A stretch of 24,000 nt of DNA from Candidatus Heimdallarchaeota archaeon (GCA_018238545.1 JABCTC010000021.1:9385-33384), one strand, 5' to 3'. Numbered from the stretch's first letter, positions 8,625 through 15,976 are shown. Notes: generated by a model from the sequence alone, not told the origin. Numbers and translations: made by a program.

Positions 8625-9650
8625 TTAATTAACAGTTCTAGGCTTTATTTTTAATTTCTTTTTGAGTTCTTTTACGTCCTTTAAAATAGTATCCTTTGTC
8701 TCTTCAGGGAAATAATATATTAAATCTTGCAAAGCATGCAACGCAAAAAAGGGTATGTTGTTATCTTTCCAAAACAAATGTTCAGCTTTTAAGGATTTTT
8801 TCGCTAACTCCTCATAATCTTTTTCCGTTAGCACAGATGACTTTCTAAAATACCTAGACCAAAGAAATGCAGAATAATTATTGTGTAAATCATTCATTTT
8901 TTCAATAAAATCGTAGAGATATAATTCATCGAATGATTCTGGTTCCATGTTCTTAAATGATCGAATAATGGTGGTTGGTGAAGGCATTGTAAATTTATCA
9001 GATTCTTGAATGTCTTCTTTCTTTGTTTTTGGTTCTGTCTGAATGTTAACATTGTCAAAAGTCTTAGTCGGGAGATTATTCATCTCAATTATTGTGTTAC
9101 TATCGTATAGTTTCAGCATTGGAGATGTTCTCATTAAAACATCTGCTCTCGACAAAGATAGTTTCTCAAACTGCTTAGGAAAGAATAGGTTAGACCCATA
9201 AAGAGTTAATAATGGTTCTATCATCCCTGTGTCAGATTGGAAAAAACTAACTCCATCATCACAAATTTTCATTGATTTTAGCAATGATAGCATAAGAAAT
9301 GGTTTATCAGATGGTAGAAATTGAACAGCTTTACCTTGCAATAGACGCAAAGTAGAGCCTATTCCAAGCATAACTCCTTCGAATGAACTGTTTTGATCAT
9401 CTACGATAAAATCAATTTTATCCACAAGATTATAGTTTTGAAGTATTGTTCTATATTCTTCTTTTCTAGCTTCAGAGTTTACAGATACTACCGTTTCATC
9501 ATACAATAGATTGCTCCTTCTTACAAGATTGACTAGAAAAGGCTCATCATTAAATGAAAACAAAATCTTGTCTTGCCACTCTGCAGTTTGTTTTTGATAT
9601 CTTCTTGACGAACCTCCAGCAAGAATAGCTAAGACAGTTTTTGGCATCAC
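8625..9650 (-). CDS. MobA/MocA-like nucleotidyltransferase (NTP_transf_3) with an uncharacterised ~150-aa helical C-terminal domain
   Basis: The N-terminal 'LAILAGGSSRRY', then 'IVDD...EGVMLGI' and 'LPSDKPFL', follow the MobA pattern (LAGGxxxRM...D...GPLxG...PCDxPF) but with substitutions. The first codon is GTG (9650), and an ATG follows at 9647. Confidence 0.5.
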   Translation of the reverse strand: MMPKTVLAILAGGSSRRYQKQTAEWQDKILFSFNDEPFLVNLVRRSNLLYDETVVSVNSEARKEEYRTILQNYNLVDKIDFIVDDQNSSFEGVMLGIGSTLRLLQGKAVQFLPSDKPFLMLSLLKSMKICDDGVSFFQSDTGMIEPLLTLYGSNLFFPKQFEKLSLSRADVLMRTSPMLKLYDSNTIIEMNNLPTKTFDNVNIQTEPKTKKEDIQESDKFTMPSPTTIIRSFKNMEPESFDELYLYDFIEKMNDLHNNYSAFLWSRYFRKSSVLTEKDYEELAKKSLKAEHLFWKDNNIPFFALHALQDLIYYFPEETKDTILKDVKELKKKLKIKPRTVN

Positions 9651-9690
9651 TTAACGAAAATCAATTTAATATAAATTCTTTTTTGATAAA

Positions 9691-9716
9691 CAATAAAATA
9701 AAAAAATAAATAAAAA
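9691..9716 (-). terminator. T-rich tract (minus strand) downstream of the acidic repeat protein gene
   Basis: Read on the minus strand, T6 and T7 runs begin about 11 nt after the stop at 9727-9729. Confidence 0.3.
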
Positions 9717-9726
9717 AGTTTGAATT

Positions 9727-11031
9727 TTAGGAATCTTCTGTTTCTTTGTCTAGAGATTTTTCTATAGCTTCAGATAGCTCAATAGTTGTATCTTCTGCCG
9801 CTTCTTCAACCATGTCTTCTACTGCTTCTTCCAAAACTTCTTCTACAACATCTTCTGCAAGATGTTCAGCAGCTTCTTTTCTAATACCTTCAACATGTTC
9901 TTCGACAACCTTTTCAACAAATTCTTCTAGGTCGTCCTCAAGTGTTTCTTCAACAGCATCGGTTACTTCTTCGACAATCTCCTCGACTGTGTCTTCGGCA
10001 GATTCAGCAATTTCTTCTTTTGCTTCCTCAACTATTTCATCTTCAACTTCTTCGACAACCTTTGAAACAAGTTCTTCTGATTTTGCTTCAATTGCTTCCT
10101 TAACCACTCCTTCGAGTGTATCGTCACCTACTTCTTCAGCTACACGTTTTGCAATTGTTTCCGCAATATCGTCGACAACATCCTCAACAACCTCGGTTAC
10201 AACATCTTCAACTGTGTCATCTAAGGTTTTCTCAACAACATCTGCAACGGGTTCATCAACAACGTCTGCAACGGGTTCATCAACAACGTCTGCAACGGGT
10301 TCATCAACAACGTCTGCAACGGGTTCATCAACAACGTCTGCAACGGGTTCATCAACAACATCTGCAACGGGTTCATCAACAACATCTGCAACGGGTTCAG
10401 GATCAGAAACAATAACAGGTTCTTCGATAACGGGTTCAATCTCAGAAACAACAAGAGTTTGAGGTTCAAGCTCTGGTTCAGGTTCAGGCTCAACAACGGG
10501 CCCAGTTGCAGGTTCAATATCTGCAGGATACGCTGTTGGTGGACCGAGTTTTTGTTCTGGAATAGCTTGAGGTTTTGGTTTTTCAACTGTTTTTTCTACT
10601 TTGGAAAACACTTGTTTAGGATAAGAATCTTGTCTAGAATCACCTTTAAATCCGGAAAGATCTGTTTCAATGTACTTTTCTTGAACACTTAGGTTTAGAT
10701 CTCCTATGGTATCTTCAGTTAATTGCTCAAGTCCACTCTTTGCTCCAATTCTTTCTCCAGATGATAACTGAAAACCTGCTCTACTAATATTATCAGCTAT
10801 ACGTCTTCCTGTTCTTTGAGCTACAAGGCCAACGTGTTTACTGAAAATAAGGTGCCATTCATTTTTGTCTCGATTAAAGATTAAGACGCCGTCCACATCC
10901 ATGCTCATCAGTTGAGAGCTAATGTCGGAGGCATCAGATTCCATTATTTTTTGGAATTTAGTTTGTTCTTTTATCTCACTAAATTCGTTTTTACTGTGGT
11001 CATATGCTAGAAAAACATTCATTGGACTCAT
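9727..11031 (-). CDS. Hypothetical hyper-acidic protein: ~125-aa N-terminal globular domain, Pro/Glu linker, 7x (D/P)EPVADVV repeats, long E/D/V/A-rich tail
   Basis: A 434-aa ORF co-oriented with its neighbours. The ordinary-composition N-terminal domain supports this strand over the mirror ORFs. A TATA-like 'TTTATTAAAGCTTTAAAA' lies upstream. No family was recognised. Confidence 0.6.
   Translation of the reverse strand: MSPMNVFLAYDHSKNEFSEIKEQTKFQKIMESDASDISSQLMSMDVDGVLIFNRDKNEWHLIFSKHVGLVAQRTGRRIADNISRAGFQLSSGERIGAKSGLEQLTEDTIGDLNLSVQEKYIETDLSGFKGDSRQDSYPKQVFSKVEKTVEKPKPQAIPEQKLGPPTAYPADIEPATGPVVEPEPEPELEPQTLVVSEIEPVIEEPVIVSDPEPVADVVDEPVADVVDEPVADVVDEPVADVVDEPVADVVDEPVADVVDEPVADVVEKTLDDTVEDVVTEVVEDVVDDIAETIAKRVAEEVGDDTLEGVVKEAIEAKSEELVSKVVEEVEDEIVEEAKEEIAESAEDTVEEIVEEVTDAVEETLEDDLEEFVEKVVEEHVEGIRKEAAEHLAEDVVEEVLEEAVEDMVEEAAEDTTIELSEAIEKSLDKETEDS
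10233..10400. repeat. Seven head-to-tail copies of a 24-bp unit (CAACAACRTCTGCAACGGGTTCAT), in frame within the acidic protein gene
   Basis: Counted directly, with unit boundaries every 24 nt from 10233. The only differences are R = A,G,G,G,G,A,A (synonymous GAT/GAC on the coding strand) and a final T>G in unit 7. Confidence 0.95.
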
Positions 11032-11171
11032 AATGATATCCCTTTTAAAGCTTTAATAAAATAGAACAGTTTTATTAAAAAAGGTATTCTCTTTAGGCAA
11101 CAGAAAACTAGACGTACAAAACAGGTGTTAAAGCGGAGAAAAAAAAGAAAAAAAGAGAAATTTATGCGTTT

Positions 11172-13475
11172 TTATTGCGCGTTCACACCTTCAAGTTGGA
11201 TGTTGACACCTGCAAATGCACTAATTATATCGTTGACAGCTATTTCGAATTCGCCAGCTCTTCCAACTGGATCATCAGCCATTATTTCCAATATAAGATT
11301 GACTTCATCTACTGTGCCATACAAACTGTTTCGAATTCCTAATAGAGCATCTCTCGTTCCTGACAATTGCGTCATTCCTCCCGCTTCTGTTTGATTCATA
11401 TAGTAGGTTGCAGTAGTTAGATCACTTATTGAAGCATGTAATGATGTGTTAGCTGCGATGAAATGATCTTGAGCTTCAGGAACAAAAAGTGTATCGTTGA
11501 AATCTTCATACCCTGCAGTTATATTGTTGAAACTGTAACTCAAATGACTTAATCCACTAAACATATAGTAGAATGAGTTTGCAATATTATTAGCATTGTA
11601 AACGTTCTGGGTTAAGTTGAATTGAATTAACTGATCTGTAAAACTAAGAGCAGGTGCACTAAGTTCTCCATATGTGTCATTGGAAGCTTTGGCTCTTACA
11701 TCGTTAATCTGTGTATCTGTAGCATTGGCATCGTCGGCCATTTCACCGGTTGTTGTTCTTAAGTCATCCATTGAACTAATTAGTGTCGAATAGTCTGAAA
11801 TGTCCTCATAATTAGTACCATCAAAAACACTCATAGTATCTTGCATTGTAAAGAATACGGTTGCAATGTTACCACCTAATGAACACAAGGGCACAGTTAA
11901 ACCAACCATGTCAGTTAAGAATGCAACAGTTGAGTTAAGTATTGGTGTATCTGAATTCGCTATTGCTTGCACTTCTGGATCCAGAAGCTCATTATAAACT
12001 ATGCTGAAGTTTGCAGATGCATCGTCAAAATATGATGAAGTATCAATTCCTTTTGATTCATTGTAAAAGGTAGTTGTTGTTCCTATTACATCTCCAGCTT
12101 TGAATAAACTATAAGATCCATATAAGAAATGTGTCAAAGTAGCTGAATCGCTTCCGCTTGGTTTAGTTAGCAAAACATCTATTACTCTTACAGCTCCTTC
12201 GAAGATCGAAAGATAAGAATCAATCATATCAACTTGTTCCAGTATTGACGCAGCGATATCAGGAGGTACTCCAAAAACCTCAAGTTCTGCTGTTGCTACA
12301 GTAATGTCAGTAACATTCACTTTGTTTAGTTCTGCTAAAGCATCATCAATATAATCAGTACTGTTACCAAGAACCAATAAACCTTCATTTACTTTGTCGA
12401 TACCTTCTTCAAATCGAGTATCATTAATCTCACTTTCAATTTGTGTTACAGTCCCATCCTTAGTTCTAAGGAAACTGCCACCTTCACCAAAAGAGGCCAT
12501 TGCATCTTCCATACCTTCTAGAACAAAGAACGTGCCATTTGCGAACGGACCTAGACCTGAAGATATATGTAACGCTGCTAAAGCAACGTAGTAGATATTT
12601 TCTATAAACGTGCCCAGTACCGGAATAGCTGCCGATATTCCTACAAATCCTGCTTGTTGCAGACCGTATAGATTATCCGCGCTCTGTTGGAAATACTCAG
12701 ACGCCAGGTAGAAGGACGCTATTGCTTCATCCATATCCTCTTGTGTAGCATTCTCAAAGTTTGCGAAAATACTAAATCCTTGTCCCAAGTAAAGGGCTCC
12801 AGGTAGTATGTCACTTGTTACTGCAACAACCCCCGAGAATAGGAGGTGTATATATGGCGTAAGGATCAAACCAATGAAGAAAAATACTATTATGAAAAAG
12901 GCCCATAGTATAGTCCAAAGTGTTGGTTGTATCGTAAAGACTTGCACCCCCCACGTTAACGCCAACGTTCCGAATATGAATAACGGAAGAGCAATTATCA
13001 GATCAATAACAAAAGCAAATTGACTGAAAAATCTAACATCTTCCATGTTCAAATCTGCGGGAGCCCCCATGTCTGTTAAGGTTGCTTCCATTTCCTCAAA
13101 AGTATCAAGAATTAGAACAGCTCTTTCTGATACCGGAGCAAACGGATTGTATACTGGAGCTTGAATTACGTAGTTAAACAAGTAACCAGCACCAAATACA
13201 ATTAATAGCAATAATGGTATAGATATAAGGGCTCTAGATTTATCACGTACTAAACCAGCGAAAATGGCAAGGCCTATAATTCCTAATATGTAGGCTATGA
13301 GTGTTGAAGTAAAACTTTCTCGAGGTTGCATTGCTGCTTCAAGAATAAACATTAAAGCTACAAAGAATACAAGAAAGAAGAGTAAACCAATGCCCCAATA
13401 ACTCCACTTTTTCCCACTTTCCTCTGGTTCTACTAGTGGTTCTGTTTGTGGTTCTTTTATACTCATTAGAATCAT
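11172..13475 (-). CDS. Hypothetical polytopic membrane protein with a large sequon-rich extracytoplasmic C-terminal domain
   Basis: The first ~300 aa contain about 7 hydrophobic helices, for example 'WGIGLLFFLVFFVALMFIL' and 'LWTILWAFFIIVFFFIGLILTPYI'. The remaining ~450 aa are polar and carry 15 N-x-S/T sequons by my count. No family was recognised. Confidence 0.7.
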   Translation of the reverse strand: MILMSIKEPQTEPLVEPEESGKKWSYWGIGLLFFLVFFVALMFILEAAMQPRESFTSTLIAYILGIIGLAIFAGLVRDKSRALISIPLLLLIVFGAGYLFNYVIQAPVYNPFAPVSERAVLILDTFEEMEATLTDMGAPADLNMEDVRFFSQFAFVIDLIIALPLFIFGTLALTWGVQVFTIQPTLWTILWAFFIIVFFFIGLILTPYIHLLFSGVVAVTSDILPGALYLGQGFSIFANFENATQEDMDEAIASFYLASEYFQQSADNLYGLQQAGFVGISAAIPVLGTFIENIYYVALAALHISSGLGPFANGTFFVLEGMEDAMASFGEGGSFLRTKDGTVTQIESEINDTRFEEGIDKVNEGLLVLGNSTDYIDDALAELNKVNVTDITVATAELEVFGVPPDIAASILEQVDMIDSYLSIFEGAVRVIDVLLTKPSGSDSATLTHFLYGSYSLFKAGDVIGTTTTFYNESKGIDTSSYFDDASANFSIVYNELLDPEVQAIANSDTPILNSTVAFLTDMVGLTVPLCSLGGNIATVFFTMQDTMSVFDGTNYEDISDYSTLISSMDDLRTTTGEMADDANATDTQINDVRAKASNDTYGELSAPALSFTDQLIQFNLTQNVYNANNIANSFYYMFSGLSHLSYSFNNITAGYEDFNDTLFVPEAQDHFIAANTSLHASISDLTTATYYMNQTEAGGMTQLSGTRDALLGIRNSLYGTVDEVNLILEIMADDPVGRAGEFEIAVNDIISAFAGVNIQLEGVNAQ

Positions 13476-13588
13476 CTTTTTGAGTTTCTAACTATCACAT
13501 AGCTAATTACCATATTTATAATTGTCGAATCTCTGAAATGTTATATTTGCAATGTAAAGAGGAAAACGGGAGTAAAAGGGTTTGAAAT

Positions 13589-14059
13589 TTAAAGTAAATT
13601 TTCACGAAGAGATAAACGCAAGTCAAACCCAAAATCTACGTTTATATGAGAAAGATTGAGAAATGATTGTGTAGATTTGTATAGTAACTGTTCAATAGAT
13701 CTGAGATTGGAGCCTATTATTGGAACTGATATTGTAGGAAAGACTACGAATAATAGAACAGGAACGAAAGCACCCTTATCATCTTCATCGTCTATTAAAA
13801 CCATATCAAAACCATAAACAAAGTAATCTTCAGATAATTGAAGAAGACCTCGAAAACGTCTTGAGTTTGACATATCGTAGGGTAAACCATTCATCAAAGT
13901 TGAAGTTCCCTTAATTGCCAATTTCATTAATAGATCTTCTGACAATGTTGAATTATTTGATAGAACAACAGGACCAAGTCTATGGTCGAATTTAACTAGA
14001 ACAACCCCTAAATCTAGAGAGTTACTAGGTAACAGCTCGCATGATGACATTATGACCAT
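13589..14059 (-). CDS. Small hypothetical protein with a possible longin-like (FLCN/NPRL2/DENN-type) fold
   Basis: A 156-aa ORF. The N-terminal 'GVVLVKFDHRLGPVVLS' resembles the hhhxF[DE]xxxGPxh signature of FLCN/NPRL2/SMCR8 longin domains. The strand/helix alternation judged by eye is compatible with beta-beta-alpha-beta-beta-beta-alpha. The fold assignment is inference only. Confidence 0.55.
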   Translation of the reverse strand: MVIMSSCELLPSNSLDLGVVLVKFDHRLGPVVLSNNSTLSEDLLMKLAIKGTSTLMNGLPYDMSNSRRFRGLLQLSEDYFVYGFDMVLIDDEDDKGAFVPVLLFVVFPTISVPIIGSNLRSIEQLLYKSTQSFLNLSHINVDFGFDLRLSLRENLL

Positions 14060-14164
14060 GTTACAATACTCATGCAGCTATATAAGAAAAAAGAGGGGCA
14101 ATATTGAAAGTGAAAAAATTGAGTTTTTTCAAAGTCAACTATATTCTCGAAATTTTTTAGAATT

Positions 14165-14249
14165 TGGTGCGGGGAGGGAGAGTCGAACTCCCGAACTACT
14201 AAAGACTGGATCCTAAGTCCAGCGCCTTTGACCACTCGGCAATCCCCGC
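14165..14249 (-). tRNA. tRNA-Leu (anticodon UAG), class II with long variable arm, genomically encoded CCA, no intron
   Basis: The reverse complement reads GCGGGGA-UU-GCCGAGUGGUCAAAGGCG-CUGGA-CUUAGGA-UCCAG-(variable arm UCUUUAGUAGUUC)-GGGAG-UUCGACU-CUCCC-UCCCCGC-A-CCA. The acceptor, anticodon and T stems are fully paired. Confidence 0.9.
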
Positions 14250-14320
14250 ATTTAGGAAAAAATATAGTGGTCAACAGTTTCAGTTTGTAGGATTTTTTAA
14301 ATTTATCTTTGTGATTGTTA

Positions 14321-14788
14321 TCATTCTTTAAGATTTAATACCATTTCAGAAGAATTTTCTTTGAATCCTGCTCTAATATACATTGACTTTCCTATTTCTG
14401 TTGTTAGTAATCTTACTTTCTTAATATTCTTCTTTGCTATGTCTTCTATTAATTTCCCAAGCAGTATTGTCCCTATCCCTTTCTTTCGTGCTTGTGGTAA
14501 AGTATACATGTTCATTATGTATGCTTCCTCTCCTGAAACATTTCCAAAACTTGGTGGCACTTTGCTATAAGACACTCCGCTAGTTGCTACAATCAAATCA
14601 TCTTCTATAGCAAGCCAAGCTATGAATTCTCCGTTCTGCAAATGAATTGTAAAATATTTAGTGAGAGATTTTTCAAGCAAATCAGATGATGTTTCTTCAT
14701 CTATCTCCTCAGCTTCACAGAGAAATTTTATTCGGAGATTAACCAAGTCTGTAACATCGTTTAAATCTGCTCTTCTATATTGAATCAT
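14321..14788 (-). CDS. GNAT-family N-acetyltransferase
   Basis: 155 aa. The acetyl-CoA motif A is 'LPQARKKGIGTILLGKLIEDIAKK' (Q/RxxGxG), and the size and topology are typical of GNATs. Confidence 0.85.
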   Translation of the reverse strand: MIQYRRADLNDVTDLVNLRIKFLCEAEEIDEETSSDLLEKSLTKYFTIHLQNGEFIAWLAIEDDLIVATSGVSYSKVPPSFGNVSGEEAYIMNMYTLPQARKKGIGTILLGKLIEDIAKKNIKKVRLLTTEIGKSMYIRAGFKENSSEMVLNLKE

Positions 14789-14884
14789 TTTAAATCATGA
14801 AACACAGCACGGTACTATTAATAAAAATGAGCATTTGTAGTAACAGAATTGTTTATTTGGTAAAAATCCTTGTTTGAAAAAAGT

Positions 14885-14993
14885 TGGTGCCTCGACCGGG
14901 ATTTGAACCCGGGTCTGCGGATACTCCTGTTTTGTCACGCGGACTTTCACATGTGAAAGTCCGCAATGATTGGCCGAACTACACCATCGAGGC
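14885..14993 (-). tRNA. tRNA-Glu (anticodon UUC) with a 31-nt intron at the canonical 37/38 position and encoded CCA
   Basis: The reverse complement reads GCCUCGA-UG-GUGUAGUUCGGCCAAUCAU-U-GCGGA-CUUUCA[intron]A-UCCGC-AGAC-CCGGG-UUCAAAU-CCCGG-UCGAGGC-A-CCA. The D arm 'GGUGUAGUxCGGCCAAUCAU' is characteristic of archaeal tRNA-Glu. Confidence 0.8.
14923..14953 (-). other. tRNA-Glu intron (31 nt, CAUGUGAAAGUCCGCGUGACAAAACAGGAGU)
   Basis: This is the segment that must be removed to restore the 7-nt loop CUUUCAA between GCGGA and UCCGC. The intron 3' GGAG can pair with loop UUUC, giving a relaxed bulge-helix-bulge. Confidence 0.65.
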
Positions 14994-15085
14994 GTTACTT
15001 GTGCTATCCGTTTTTCTGTCTAATCTTTTTAATATCTTTCGTTAATGGCTTTTTGAATTATGGTTATACCTTCAGCAAGGTTTTT

Positions 15086-15862
15086 CTAATTTTTCATCAA
15101 ATCCACAAGAAACGACAGTATTTTATCAAATGCTTCTTGCCTATGTGGATCTACAGTCAAAATGTGATCTCCCTTCTGTACAAAAAACAATTCTTTTTTT
15201 GTTTTCAAATCTTCGAACAGCTCCTTTGCTCCTTCTGGTTTAGCTGTTTTATCCGCTCTAGACTGGATTATTAATACTGGAACGTTAATTTCAGCTACTT
15301 TCTTGTGTAATATCTTTAACATCTTGTATAATTGATTAGCAGCTGGTGTAGAATCTGCAGAATAAGAAAAAAGGTTATTTTCCACATACCATTTAATTCT
15401 TGCTTCGTTTTTTTGTCTATGAGCTCCAAAAAGACTGAAAAACCATGTAGCAAAGGATGAGGTCTTTGATAAGTGATAAAAAGCGTTGATAGTAAAAATA
15501 GCTTTGAATTTGATCTGTGTTGAGGAATATAGTGCAAGAGCACCCCCCATCGAAATCCCCCCAACAATGATGTTGGTATATTTAGAAATGTGTTCATCGT
15601 ATACTTCTTGAATATCACCAATCCATTCTTCCCACCGGATACTATCCATATCAACGGGTTTAGTCCCGTGCCCTTTCAAAAGGATTCCCTTTACATCATA
15701 TCCTTCAGAATAAAGAAATTCTCCTAACGGTCGTGTCTCTGTAGCTGAGGCACCAAAACCATGTACTAAAATTACTAGATTCTTTGATTTCTTCTTGGTA
15801 TTCTTGAAATAGTACGATTTAGCAAGCTCTCTTAATCGTTCAGGATAGACATCTGTAAGCAT
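15086..15862 (-). CDS. Alpha/beta-fold hydrolase (esterase/lipase/lysophospholipase-like)
   Basis: Oxyanion region 'LVILVHGFGAS', nucleophile elbow 'GISMGG' (GxSxG), and C-terminal 'ADKT...' and 'GDHIL' as candidate Asp and His. I chose the internal ATG at 15862 (MLTDVYPERL). The 16072 start would overlap the divergent gene's 5' end by about 96 nt. Confidence 0.8.
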   Translation of the reverse strand: MLTDVYPERLRELAKSYYFKNTKKKSKNLVILVHGFGASATETRPLGEFLYSEGYDVKGILLKGHGTKPVDMDSIRWEEWIGDIQEVYDEHISKYTNIIVGGISMGGALALYSSTQIKFKAIFTINAFYHLSKTSSFATWFFSLFGAHRQKNEARIKWYVENNLFSYSADSTPAANQLYKMLKILHKKVAEINVPVLIIQSRADKTAKPEGAKELFEDLKTKKELFFVQKGDHILTVDPHRQEAFDKILSFLVDLMKN

Positions 15863-15976
15863 GTGTGATGATTCAGCTAATTTGACTATAAAATATCGTT
15901 GATTTATACACAAATTGTCAATGTCTGAAAAAAGTTTATTAAACGTGTTGACATATAGTTGGTTGGTGAATTCCAA

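Noticed and set aside
10233-10400. Regularly spaced 24-bp repeats that might be a CRISPR array
   Set aside because: The units are directly abutting with no spacers. They are in frame inside a long ORF, and no cas genes or leader are nearby. This is a coding tandem repeat.
9746-10462. A 238-aa Ser/Thr-rich ORF on the + strand, plus the 10116-10415 and 10221-10586 ORFs, looking like a mucin-like or Q/L-repeat protein
   Set aside because: These are alternative-frame and antisense readings of the acidic repeat gene. Low-complexity GAx/GTx-rich coding sequence stays open in several frames. Only the minus-strand 434-aa ORF has a normal-composition N-terminal domain, a promoter-like upstream region and the same orientation as its neighbours.
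11125-11394. An 89-aa + strand ORF beginning in the intergenic region upstream of the acidic protein gene
   Set aside because: Most of it is antisense to the 3' end of the 767-aa membrane protein gene. The K/R-rich start comes from reading a poly-A/G tract. There is no supporting signal.
14050-14274. A 74-aa ORF on the minus strand
   Set aside because: It is read straight through tRNA-Leu (14165-14249) and its flanks. The tRNA cloverleaf explains the sequence, and the ORF has no protein-like features.
14165-14993. tRNA genes as integration sites for a mobile element or genomic island
   Set aside because: There is no integrase, transposase or phage-like gene. I also saw no direct repeat of a tRNA 3' end elsewhere in the window. 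The flanking genes (GNAT, hydrolase, longin-like) show no obvious compositional break by eye.
14966-15274. A 102-aa ORF on the + strand
   Set aside because: It starts inside tRNA-Glu and runs antisense to the 3' end of the alpha/beta hydrolase gene. Its F/L/I/C-rich composition is typical of antisense AT-rich frames.
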